A stretch of 63,328 nt of DNA, filler included, from Nemertoderma westbladi (lineage: Eukaryota; Animalia; Xenacoelomorpha): assembly GCA_032718475.1 (NCBI GenBank). It is 4 parts of 4 records of this genome, joined end to end, with 100 filler letters (N's around TTAATTAATTAA, not from the genome) between each part and the next. Parts side by side here need not be neighbours in the genome. Positions count along the whole stretch, not along the records: positions 1 to 24,120 come from JAUCBJ010003037.1; 3 more parts are not named here. One strand, 5' to 3'. Below the pieces are notes generated by a model. It searched no databases and was not told the DNA's origin. It saw only the letters and a list, made by a program, of their open reading frames with translations. The translations under genes and the position numbers were made by a program. This document shows positions 1 through 11,623 of the stretch, in pieces (within the stretch, counting starts at the first letter, position 1; each line of letters starts with the position of its first letter).

Positions 1-3000
1 CACCAGGTAGGTGTCACGTGATAACATTCGGAAGGTTATGCCTCACCAGGTAGGTGTCACGTGATAACATTCGGAAGGTTATGCCTCACCAGGTAGGTGT
101 CACGTGATAACATTTGGAAGGCTATGCTCCACCAGGTAGGTGTCACGTGATAACATTCGGAAGGCTATGCTCCACCAGGTAAGTGTCACGTGATAACATT
201 CGGAAGGCTATGCTCCACCAGGTAGGTGTCACGTGATAACATACGGAAGGCTATGCTCCACCAGGTAGGTGTCACGTGATAAAATTCGGAAGGCTATGCT
301 CCACCAGGTAGGTGTCACGTGATAACATTCGGAAGGTTATGCTCCACCAGGTAGGTGTCACGTGATAACATTCGGAAGGCTATGCTCCACCAGGTAGGTG
401 TCACGTGATAACATTCGGAAGGTTATGCTCCACCAGGTAGGTGTCACGTGATAACATTCGGAAGGTTATGCTCCACCAGGTAGGTGTCACGTGATAACAT
501 TCGGAAGGCTATGTGCTCCACCAGGTAGGTGTCACGTGATACCTTTCGGAAGGCTATGTGCTCCACCAGGTAGGTGTCACGTGATAACATTCGGAAGGCT
601 ATGTGCTCCACCAGGTAGGTGTCACGTGATACCTTTCGGAAGGCTATGTGCTCCACCAGGTAGGTGTCACGTGATAACATTCGGAAGGTTATGCTCCACC
701 AGGTAGGTGTCACGTGATAACATTCGGAAGGTTATGCTCCACCAGGTAGGTGTCACGTGATAACATTCGGAAGGCTATGCTCCACCAGGTAGGTGTCACG
801 TGATAACATTCGGAAGGCTATGCTCCATCAGGTAGGTGTCACGTGATAACATTCAGAAGGTTATGCTCCACCAGGTAGGTGTCACGTGATAACATTCGGA
901 AGGCTATGCTCCATCAGGTAGGTGTCACGTGATAACATTCAGAAGGTTATGCTCCACCAGGTAGGTGTCACGTGATAACATTCAGAAGGTTATGCTCCAC
1001 AAGGTAGGTGTCACGTGATAACATTCGGAAGGTTATGCTCCACCAGGTAGGTGTCACGTGATAACATTCGGAAGGTTATGCCTCACCAGGTAGGTGTCAC
1101 GTGATAAAATTCGGAAGGCTATGCTCCACCAGGTAAGTGTCACGTGATAACATTCGGAAGGCTATGCTCCACCAGGTAGGTGTCACGTGATAACATTTGG
1201 AAGGCTATGCTCCACCAGGTAGGTGTCACGTGATAACATTCGGAAGGCTATGCTCCACCAGGTAGGTGTCACGTGATAAAATTTGGAAGGCTATGCTCCA
1301 CCAGGTAAGTGTCACGTGATAACATTCGGAAGGCTATGCTCCACCAGGTAGGTGTCACGTGATAACATACGGAAGGCTATGCTCCACCAGGTAGGTGTCA
1401 CGTGATAAAATTCGGAAGGCTATGCTACACCAGGTAGGTTTCACGTGATAACATTCGGAAGGTTATGCTACACCAGGTAGGTGTCACGTGATAACATTCA
1501 GAAGGTTATGCTCCACAAGGTAGGTGTCACGTGATAACATTCAGAAGGTTATGCTCCACAAGGTAGGTGTCACGTGATAACATTCGGAAGGTTATGCTCC
1601 ACCAGGTAGGTGTCACGTGATAACATTCGGAAGGTTATGCCTCACCAGGTAGGTGTCACGTGATAACATTTGGAAGGCTATGCTCCACCAGGTAGGTGTC
1701 ACGTGATAACATTCGGAAGGCTATGCTCCACCAGGTAGGTGTCACGTGATAACATTTGGAAGGCTATACTCCACCAGGTAGGTGTCACGTGATAACATTC
1801 GGAAGGCTATGCTCCACCAGGTAGGTGTCACGTGATAACATTCGGAAGGCTATGCTCCATCAGGTAGGTGTCACGTGATAACATTCGGAAGGCTATGCTC
1901 CATCAGGTAGGTGTCACGTGATAACATTCAGAAGGTTATGCTCCACCAGGTAGGTGTCACGTGATAACATTCGGAAGGCTATGCTCCACCAGGTAGGTGT
2001 CACGTGATAAAATTCGGAAGGCTATGCTCCACCAGGTAAGTGTCACGTGATAACATTCGGAAGGCTATGCTCCACCAGGTAGGTGTCACGTGATAACATT
2101 CGGAAGGTTATGCTCCACCAGGTAGGTGTCACGTGATAACATTCGGAAGGCTATGCTCCACCAGGTAGGTGTCACGTGATAAAATTCGGAAGGCTATGCT
2201 CCACCAGGTAAGTGTCACGTGATAACATTCGGAAGGCTATGCTCCACCAGGTAGGTGTCACGTGATAACATTCGGAAGGTTATGCCTCACCAGGTAGGTG
2301 TCACGTGATAACATTTGGAAGGCTATGCTCCACCAGGTAGGTGTCACGTGATAACATTCGGAAGGCTATGCTCCACCAGGTAGGTGTCACGTGATAACAT
2401 TTGGAAGGCTATACTCCACCAGGTAGGTGTCACGTGATAACATTCGGAAGGCTATGCTCCACCAGGTAGGTGTCACGTGATAACATTCGGAAGGCTATGC
2501 TCCATCAGGTAGGTGTCACGTGATAACATTCGGAAGGCTATGCTCCATCAGGTAGGTGTCACGTGATAACATTCAGAAGGTTATGCTCCACCAGGTAGGT
2601 GTCACGTGATAACATTCGGAAGGCTATGCTCCACCAGGTAGGTGTCACGTGATAAAATTCGGAAGGCTATGCTCCACCAGGTAAGTGTCACGTGATAACA
2701 TTCGGAAGGCTATGCTCCACCAGGTAGGTGTCACGTGATAACATTCGGAAGGCTATGCTCCACCAGGTAGGTGTCACGTGATAACATTCGGAAGGCTATG
2801 CTCCACCAGGTAGGTGTCACGTGATAACATTCGGAAGGCTATGCTCCACCAGGTAGGTGTCACGTGATAAAATTCGGAAGGCTATGCTCCACCAGGTAAG
2901 TGTCACGTGATAACATTCGGAAGGCTATGCTCCACCAGGTAGGTGTCACGTGATAACATTCGGAAGGCTATGCTCCACCAGGTAGGTGTCACGTGATAAC

Positions 3001-6000
3001 ATTCGGAAGGCTATGCTCCACCAGGTAGGTGTCACGTGATAACATTCGGAAGGCTATGCTCCACCAGGTAGGTGTCACGTGATAAAATTCGGAAGGCTAT
3101 GCTCCACCAGGTAAGTGTCACGTGATAACATTCGGAAGGCTATGCTCCACCAGGTAGGTGTCACGTGATAACATTCGGAAGGTTATGCCTCACCAGGTAG
3201 GTGTCACGTGATAACATTTGGAAGGCTATGCTCCACCAGGTAGGTGTCACGTGATAACATTCGGAAGGCTATGCTCCACCAGGTAGGTGTCACGTGATAA
3301 CATTTGGAAGGCTATACTCCACCAGGTAGGTGTCACGTGATAACATTCGGAAGGCTATGCTCCACCAGGTAGGTGTCACGTGATAACATTCGGAAGGCTA
3401 TGCTCCATCAGGTAGGTGTCACGTGATAACATTCGGAAGGCTATGCTCCATCAGGTAGGTGTCACGTGATAACATTCAGAAGGTTATGCTCCACCAGGTA
3501 GGTGTCACGTGATAACATTCGGAAGGCTATGCTCCACCAGGTAGGTGTCACGTGATAAAATTCGGAAGGCTATGCTCCACCAGGTAAGTGTCACGTGATA
3601 ACATTCGGAAGGCTATGCTCCACCAGGTAGGTGTCACGTGATAACATTCGGAAGGCTATGCTCCACCAGGTAGGTGTCACGTGATAACATTCGGAAGGTT
3701 ATGCTCCACCAGGTAGGTGTCACGTGATAACATTCGGAAGGTTATGCTCCACCAGGTAGGTGTCACGTGATAACATTCGGAAGGCTATGCTCCACCAGGT
3801 AGGTGTCACGTGATAACATTCGGAAGGTTATGCTCCACCAGGTAGGTGTCACGTGATAACATTCGGAAGGTTATGCTCCACCAGGTAGGTGTCACGTGAT
3901 AACATTCGGAAGGTTATGCTCCACCAGGTAGGTGTCACGTGATAACATTCGGAAGGCTATGTGCTCCACCAGGTAGGTGTCACGTGATAACATTCGGAAG
4001 GCTATGCTCCACCAGGTAGGTGACACGTGATAACATTCGGAAGGCTATGCTCCACCATGTAGGTGTCACGTGATAACATTCGGAAGGCTATGTGCTCCAC
4101 CAGGTAGGTGTCACGTGATACCTTTCGGAAGGCTATGTGCTCCACCAGGTAGGTGTCAAGTGATACCTCTCGGAAGGCTATGCTCCACCAGGTAGGTGTC
4201 ACGTGATAACATTCGGAAGGCTATGTGCTCCACCAGGTAGGTGTCACGTGATAACATTCGGAAGGCTATGTGCTCCACCAGGTAGGTGTCACGTGATACC
4301 TTTCGGAAGGCTATGTGCTCCACCAGGTAGGTGTCACGTGATAACATTCGGAAGGCTATGTGCTCCACCAGGTAGGTGTCACGTGATAACATTCGGAAGG
4401 CTATGTGCTCCACCAGGTAGGTGTCACGTGATAACATACGGAAGGCTATGCTCCACCAGGTAGGTGTCACGTGATAAAATTCGGAAGGCTATGCTCCACC
4501 AGGTAGGTGTCACGTGATAACATTCGGAAGGTTATGCTCCACCAGGTAGGTGTCACGTGATAACATTCGGAAGGCTATGCTCCACCAGGTAGGTGTCACG
4601 TGATAACATTCGGAAGGTTATGCTCCACCAGGTAGGTGTCACGTGATAACATTCGGAAGGTTATGCTCCACCAGGTAGGTGTCACGTGATAACATTCGGA
4701 AGGCTATGTGCTCCACCAGGTAGGTGTCACGTGATACCTTTCGGAAGGCTATGTGCTCCACCAGGTAGGTGTCACGTGATAACATTCGGAAGGCTATGTG
4801 CTCCACCAGGTAGGTGTCACGTGATACCTTTCGGAAGGCTATGTGCTCCACCAGGTAGGTGTCACGTGATAACATTCGGAAGGTTATGCTCCACCAGGTA
4901 GGTGTCACGTGATAACATTCGGAAGGTTATGCTCCACCAGGTAGGTGTCACGTGATAACATTCGGAAGGCTATGCTCCACCAGGTAGGTGTCACGTGATA
5001 ACATTCGGAAGGCTATGCTCCATCAGGTAGGTGTCACGTGATAACATTCAGAAGGTTATGCTCCACCAGGTAGGTGTCACGTGATAACATTCGGAAGGCT
5101 ATGCTCCATCAGGTAGGTGTCACGTGATAACATTCAGAAGGTTATGCTCCACCAGGTAGGTGTCACGTGATAACATTCAGAAGGTTATGCTCCACAAGGT
5201 AGGTGTCACGTGATAACATTCGGAAGGTTATGCTCCACCAGGTAGGTGTCACGTGATAACATTCGGAAGGTTATGCCTCACCAGGTAGGTGTCACGTGAT
5301 AAAATTCGGAAGGCTATGCTCCACCAGGTAAGTGTCACGTGATAACATTCGGAAGGCTATGCTCCACCAGGTAGGTGTCACGTGATAACATTTGGAAGGC
5401 TATGCTCCACCAGGTAGGTGTCACGTGATAACATTCGGAAGGCTATGCTCCACCAGGTAGGTGTCACGTGATAAAATTCGGAAGGCTATGCTCCACCAGG
5501 TAAGTGTCACGTGATAACATTCGGAAGGCTATGCTCCACCAGGTAGGTGTCACGTGATAACATACGGAAGGCTATGCTCCACCAGGTAGGTGTCACGTGA
5601 TAAAATTCGGAAGGCTATGCTACACCAGGTAGGTTTCACGTGATAACATTCGGAAGGTTATGCTACACCAGGTAGGTGTCACGTGATAACATTCAGAAGG
5701 TTATGCTCCACAAGGTAGGTGTCACGTGATAACATTCAGAAGGTTATGCTCCACAAGGTAGGTGTCACGTGATAACATTCGGAAGGTTATGCTCCACCAG
5801 GTAGGTGTCACGTGATAACATTCGGAAGGTTATGCCTCACCAGGTAGGTGTCACGTGATAACATTTGGAAGGCTATGCTCCACCAGGTAGGTGTCACGTG
5901 ATAACATTCGGAAGGCTATGCTCCACCAGGTAGGTGTCACGTGATAACATTTGGAAGGCTATACTCCACCAGGTAGGTGTCACGTGATAACATTCGGAAG

Positions 6001-9000
6001 GCTATGCTCCACCAGGTAGGTGTCACGTGATAACATTCGGAAGGCTATGCTCCATCAGGTAGGTGTCACGTGATAACATTCGGAAGGCTATGCTCCATCA
6101 GGTAGGTGTCACGTGATAACATTCAGAAGGTTATGCTCCACCAGGTAGGTGTCACGTGATAACATTCGGAAGGCTATGCTCCACCAGGTAGGTGTCACGT
6201 GATAAAATTCGGAAGGCTATGCTCCACCAGGTAAGTGTCACGTGATAACATTCGGAAGGCTATGCTCCACCAGGTAGGTGTCACGTGATAACATTCGGAA
6301 GGTTATGCTCCACCAGGTAGGTGTCACGTGATAACATTCGGAAGGCTATGCTCCACCAGGTAGGTGTCACGTGATAAAATTCGGAAGGCTATGCTCCACC
6401 AGGTAAGTGTCACGTGATAACATTCGGAAGGCTATGCTCCACCAGGTAGGTGTCACGTGATAACATTCGGAAGGTTATGCCTCACCAGGTAGGTGTCACG
6501 TGATAACATTTGGAAGGCTATGCTCCACCAGGTAGGTGTCACGTGATAACATTCGGAAGGCTATGCTCCACCAGGTAGGTGTCACGTGATAACATTTGGA
6601 AGGCTATACTCCACCAGGTAGGTGTCACGTGATAACATTCGGAAGGCTATGCTCCACCAGGTAGGTGTCACGTGATAACATTCGGAAGGCTATGCTCCAT
6701 CAGGTAGGTGTCACGTGATAACATTCGGAAGGCTATGCTCCATCAGGTAGGTGTCACGTGATAACATTCAGAAGGTTATGCTCCACCAGGTAGGTGTCAC
6801 GTGATAACATTCGGAAGGCTATGCTCCACCAGGTAGGTGTCACGTGATAAAATTCGGAAGGCTATGCTCCACCAGGTAAGTGTCACGTGATAACATTCGG
6901 AAGGCTATGCTCCACCAGGTAGGTGTCACGTGATAACATTCGGAAGGCTATGCTCCACCAGGTAGGTGTCACGTGATAACATTCGGAAGGCTATGCTCCA
7001 CCAGGTAGGTGTCACGTGATAACATTCGGAAGGCTATGCTCCACCAGGTAGGTGTCACGTGATAAAATTCGGAAGGCTATGCTCCACCAGGTAAGTGTCA
7101 CGTGATAACATTCGGAAGGCTATGCTCCACCAGGTAGGTGTCACGTGATAACATTCGGAAGGCTATGCTCCACCAGGTAGGTGTCACGTGATAACATTCG
7201 GAAGGCTATGCTCCACCAGGTAGGTGTCACGTGATAACATTCGGAAGGCTATGCTCCACCAGGTAGGTGTCACGTGATAAAATTCGGAAGGCTATGCTCC
7301 ACCAGGTAAGTGTCACGTGATAACATTCGGAAGGCTATGCTCCACCAGGTAGGTGTCACGTGATAACATTCGGAAGGTTATGCCTCACCAGGTAGGTGTC
7401 ACGTGATAACATTTGGAAGGCTATGCTCCACCAGGTAGGTGTCACGTGATAACATTCGGAAGGCTATGCTCCACCAGGTAGGTGTCACGTGATAACATTT
7501 GGAAGGCTATACTCCACCAGGTAGGTGTCACGTGATAACATTCGGAAGGCTATGCTCCACCAGGTAGGTGTCACGTGATAACATTCGGAAGGCTATGCTC
7601 CATCAGGTAGGTGTCACGTGATAACATTCGGAAGGCTATGCTCCATCAGGTAGGTGTCACGTGATAACATTCAGAAGGTTATGCTCCACCAGGTAGGTGT
7701 CACGTGATAACATTCGGAAGGCTATGCTCCACCAGGTAGGTGTCACGTGATAAAATTCGGAAGGCTATGCTCCACCAGGTAAGTGTCACGTGATAACATT
7801 CGGAAGGCTATGCTCCACCAGGTAGGTGTCACGTGATAACATTCGGAAGGCTATGCTCCACCAGGTAGGTGTCACGTGATAACATTCGGAAGGTTATGCT
7901 CCACCAGGTAGGTGTCACGTGATAACATTCGGAAGGTTATGCTCCACCAGGTAGGTGTCACGTGATAACATTCGGAAGGCTATGCTCCATCAGGTAGGTG
8001 TCACGTGATAACATTCGGAAGGCTATGCTCCACCAGGTAGGTGTCACGTGATAACATTCGGAAGGTTATGCTCCACCAGGTAGGTGTCACGTGATAACAT
8101 TCGGAAGGTTATGCTCCACCAGGTAGGTGTCACGTGATAACATTCGGAAGGTTATGCTCCACCAGGTAGGTGTCACGTGATAACATTCGGAAGGCTATGT
8201 GCTCCACCAGGTAGGTGTCACGTGATAACATTCGGAAGGCTATGCTCCACCAGGTAGGTGACACGTGATAACATTCGGAAGGCTATGCTCCACCATGTAG
8301 GTGTCACGTGATAACATTCGGAAGGCTATGCTCCACCAGGTAGGTGTCACGTGATAACATTCGGAAGGCTATGTGCTCCACCAGGTAGGTGTCACGTGAT
8401 AACATTCGGAAGGCTATGCTCCACCAGGTAGGTGACACGTGATAACATTCGGAAGGCTATGCTCCACCATGTAGGTGTCACGTGATAACATTCGGAAGGC
8501 TATGCTCCACCAGGTAGGTGTCACGTGATAACATTCAGAAGGTTATGCTCCACCAGGTAGGTGTCACGTGATAACATTCGGAAGGCTATGCTCCACCAGG
8601 TAGGTGTCACTTGATAACATTCGGAAGGTTATGCTCCACCAGGTAGGTGTCACATGATAACATTTGGAAGTCTATGCTCCACCAGGTAGGTGTCACGTGA
8701 TAACATTCGGAAGGCTATGCTCCACCAGGTAGGTGTCACGTGATAACATTCGGAAGGCTATGCTCCACCATGTAGGTGTCACTTGATAACATTCGGAAGG
8801 CTATGTGCTCCACCAGGTAGGTGTCACGTGATAACATTAGGAAGTCTATGCTCCACCAGGTAGGTGTCACGTGATAACATTCGGAAGGCTATGTGCTCCA
8901 CCAGGTAGGTGTCACGTGATAACATTCGGAAGGCTATGTGCTCCACCAGGTAGGTGTCACGTGATAACATTAGGAAGTCTATGCTCCACCAGGTAGGTGT

Positions 9001-9620
9001 CACGTGATAACATTCGGAAGGCTATGTGCTCCACCAGGTAGGTGCCACGTGATAACATTAGGAAGTCTATGCTCCACCAGGTAGGTGTCACGTGATAACA
9101 TTCGGAAGGCTATGTGCTCCACCAGGTAGGTGTCACGTGATAACATTCGGAAGGCTATGTGCTCCACCAGGTAGGTGTCACGTGATACCTTTCGGAAGGC
9201 TATGTGCTCCACCAGGTAGGTGTCAAGTGATACCTCTCGGAAGGCTATGCTCCACCAGGTAGGTGTCACGTGATAACATTCGGAAGGCTATGTGCTCCAC
9301 CAGGTAGGTGTCACGTGATAACATTCGGAAGGCTATGTGCTCCACCAGGTAGGTGTCACGTGATACCTTTCGGAAGGCTATGTGCTCCACCAGGTAGGTG
9401 TCACGTGATAACATTCGGAAGGCTATGTGCTCCACCAGGTAGGTGTCACGTGATAACATTCGGAAGGCTATGTGCTCCACCAGGTAGGTGTCACGTGATA
9501 ACATTCGGAAGGCTATGCTCCACCAGGTAGGTGACACGTGATAACATTCGGAAGGCTATGTGCTCCACCAGGTAGGTGCCACGTGATAACATTAGGAAGG
9601 GTACGCTCTACCAGGTAAGA
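1..9620 (+). repeat. 43-bp satellite array (about 220 units, some 45-bp variants), runs off the window start
   Basis: Consensus GTGTCACGTGATAACATTCGGAAGGCTATGCTCCACCAG-GTAG repeated head to tail; recurring variant blocks; ends in a diverged unit followed by GTAAGA and unique AT-rich DNA. Confidence 0.98.
9576..9614 (+). CDS. candidate 39-nt phase-0 exon or exon end (VPRDNIRKGTLYQ), terminal unit of the satellite
   Basis: AG|GTG CCA CGT GAT AAC ATT AGG AAG GGT ACG CTC TAC CAG|GTAAGA; no stop; strong donor; phase compatible with the exon at 22317. No homology recognised. Confidence 0.4.
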
Positions 9621-9794
9621 TAAACTTTGATTATTTACCCCGTGCCAGTGCCAGACTATCACTATTCTGTATATAGGGTAGGTACTTTAATACAGATTGT
9701 TTTTTTTATGGATTAAATAAATATGCGGTGTTTGAGAATTTTAAAGATGTGATATTATTGTTTAGTCATACAGTATCTAAACCTGCAAACATAG

Positions 9795-10030
9795 TACCTT
9801 TCAAAGCAAGTTGGACGAGGCCGGAGGCGACACGAAGGCTCCTCTTTTGATAGCTGCTACCCGAGGGTAGGGGTGGGCGCTCCTTCTATTCCAAGATTTG
9901 CTCCCAGTTATTTAACTGGCACTCATTTTATCGACCCCAGTGGATGAAAGGCTGAGAGGACCCTGGCGGGGCTGAACCTACAAGCAATAGATTGCAGGCC
10001 CGGCGCTCAACCAACTGAGCTACCCCGCCA
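9795..10030 (-). mobile_element. tRNA-derived SINE with Nin-like central domain
   Basis: Minus strand: GGCGGGGTAGCTCAGTTGGTTGAGCG (A box), GGTTCAGCCCC (degenerate B box), then CTCAGCCTTTCATCC..GGGTCGATAAAATGAGTGCC, resembling the Nin-SINE core. Confidence 0.7.
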
Positions 10031-10061
10031 TATACAATACATTTAGCGGTTGCAATTAATT

Positions 10062-10210
10062 CACGTTTCTCCGGAGGTCGTGGGTTCGATCCTCGCATGC
10101 GGGCCAGGGGAGTTTTCGTTTCGGCACGAATGATTTAAAGTGACCAGCCAGAGCCCATCTCTGCCTTGCATCCTTAAGTGATAGCTAATTGAGTACTTTA
10201 CTTACAAACT
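10062..10210 (+). mobile_element. truncated tRNA-derived SINE (same family as 53746-54020)
   Basis: GGTTCGATCC B box followed by GTTTTCGTTTCGGCACGAATG..CATCTCTGC..GCATCCTTAAGTG, shared with the inverted copy near 53.9 kb. Confidence 0.75.
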
Positions 10211-10818
10211 TTTTATCTTACAAACCTAACCCACCTAATCCATTATTAACTACATATGTAGCCGTTACCGTAATCATAGTAAATAATAAGATAATACATT
10301 TAATTTGATTCTAAAAATTCGTGTCTGAACTTGGCAATAATCTTTTTGGTCGTTAAATATTTTTATAAAATAATTAAGACGCAATAACCTGAATATAATC
10401 TACTGAATATGTAATATATCTAATCTGTATGAAATATTTCAGTAATTAATACTGTATTTGTATGAAGACAGAAATACGATTAAAGGGCCGTAACCGGACC
10501 CAGTTGGGAATTTAGTTTCACAATGCACATACAAATTCACTAAACTTTTATCGTGTCATACATCTTTTGCGCTCCCAAGCAAATGTCAATGGACATAGAA
10601 TTTTAAGTTTCTAACTTTCGTCATTGTTCACGTATGTAAAGTTTCAGTTCGAGACATATTGTATTACTATTGGGGAATGATAAGCTTTCAGTATATATCT
10701 GAACAGAGACATACAGTCTGTCGTTACTGTGATTGTGTCATTAGGTTATAGTGTATCTCTAGTTCTCCTCTTTCGTTCAGCTCAATGCATGGCTCGACTC
10801 ATATCGAATGGGATGTTC

Positions 10819-11511
10819 TCATTCCATCCACGTCGACTTAGGTACGGCAACAGTTAGATCGTTTTCTGATGATACGTTATTCTTAGATATTTCATCATGT
10901 CTCCATGGTAACACTTTCAGCATCTTCCCCTGGGCGGCCCCTTCGATGACGTCATCCGTAGAGATAGCTATCGATTGGCTGGACGCCGCGCTGTCTACGT
11001 CATCCGGTCTCCATGACGACGGCGACTCTGCGGATTGCTGGGTTTCCTGGCGTTCTCTTTCGCTCAGGATCACCTCCGACGTGGAGGATCCCCGTTGCCC
11101 CGGGTTACCGCGGTTCGTCTGGTCCTGGGCGTTCGGTTTACCCGTTTGATTCTCGCCGATACCGATGACGTAGTTGCTCTGGGCGATCGGTGCGGCGATC
11201 TCGTCGTTAAGCGAGGTAGGAACGACCGATTGATCGAGACTCAACCGTTTGGCCCGCGCCCGGGATTCCTGGATTCCTTTGAGTTTATCCATAAACATAA
11301 TGGCCGCGACGCCGCCCGGCTGCGCAACCAGTTCGTCCAACTTCTCGTCCACGGTCACGTCCGACTCGTTGGTGAATTGGAACCCGAAGGTCGGGGGGTG
11401 CCATGGCGGCGGGGGGCAGAACGCCTGCCGGACGCAGCTCGCGATCGTACCCAACTGGGAAACCGATAGCGCAATCGCGAAAAATAGTCGACCAAATAAT
11501 ATGTACCAAAT
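10819..11511 (-). CDS. exon 2 (last) of a predicted four-TM membrane protein (MS4A/CD20-like topology)
   Basis: Acceptor ttatttttatag|ATT at 11511; frame open to the stop at 10819; begins IWYILFGRLFFAIALSVSQLGTIASCV (TM4) followed by a long polar tail; phase 0 matches exon 1. Confidence 0.75.
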   Translation of the reverse strand: MWYILFGRLFFAIALSVSQLGTIASCVRQAFCPPPPWHPPTFGFQFTNESDVTVDEKLDELVAQPGGVAAIMFMDKLKGIQESRARAKRLSLDQSVVPTSLNDEIAAPIAQSNYVIGIGENQTGKPNAQDQTNRGNPGQRGSSTSEVILSERERQETQQSAESPSSWRPDDVDSAASSQSIAISTDDVIEGAAQGKMLKVLPWRHDEISKNNVSSENDLTVAVPKSTWME

Positions 11512-11623
11512 CTATAAAAATAAATAAAGTTGAATAATAAGTATGTAGGTATGTAATAATCGTGTCATATTCATTCCCATGCCCATGTATTTTGTGGCAC
11601 ATGAATTAATCTTTCTCGCATCG

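Noticed and set aside
1-9620. CRISPR array
   Set aside because: No unique spacers, no cas genes, eukaryotic context.
9960-10030. tRNA gene (TGC anticodon-like)
   Set aside because: Degenerate T arm and acceptor stem, followed by a SINE body; treated as a SINE head. The same applies at 21075 and 53960.
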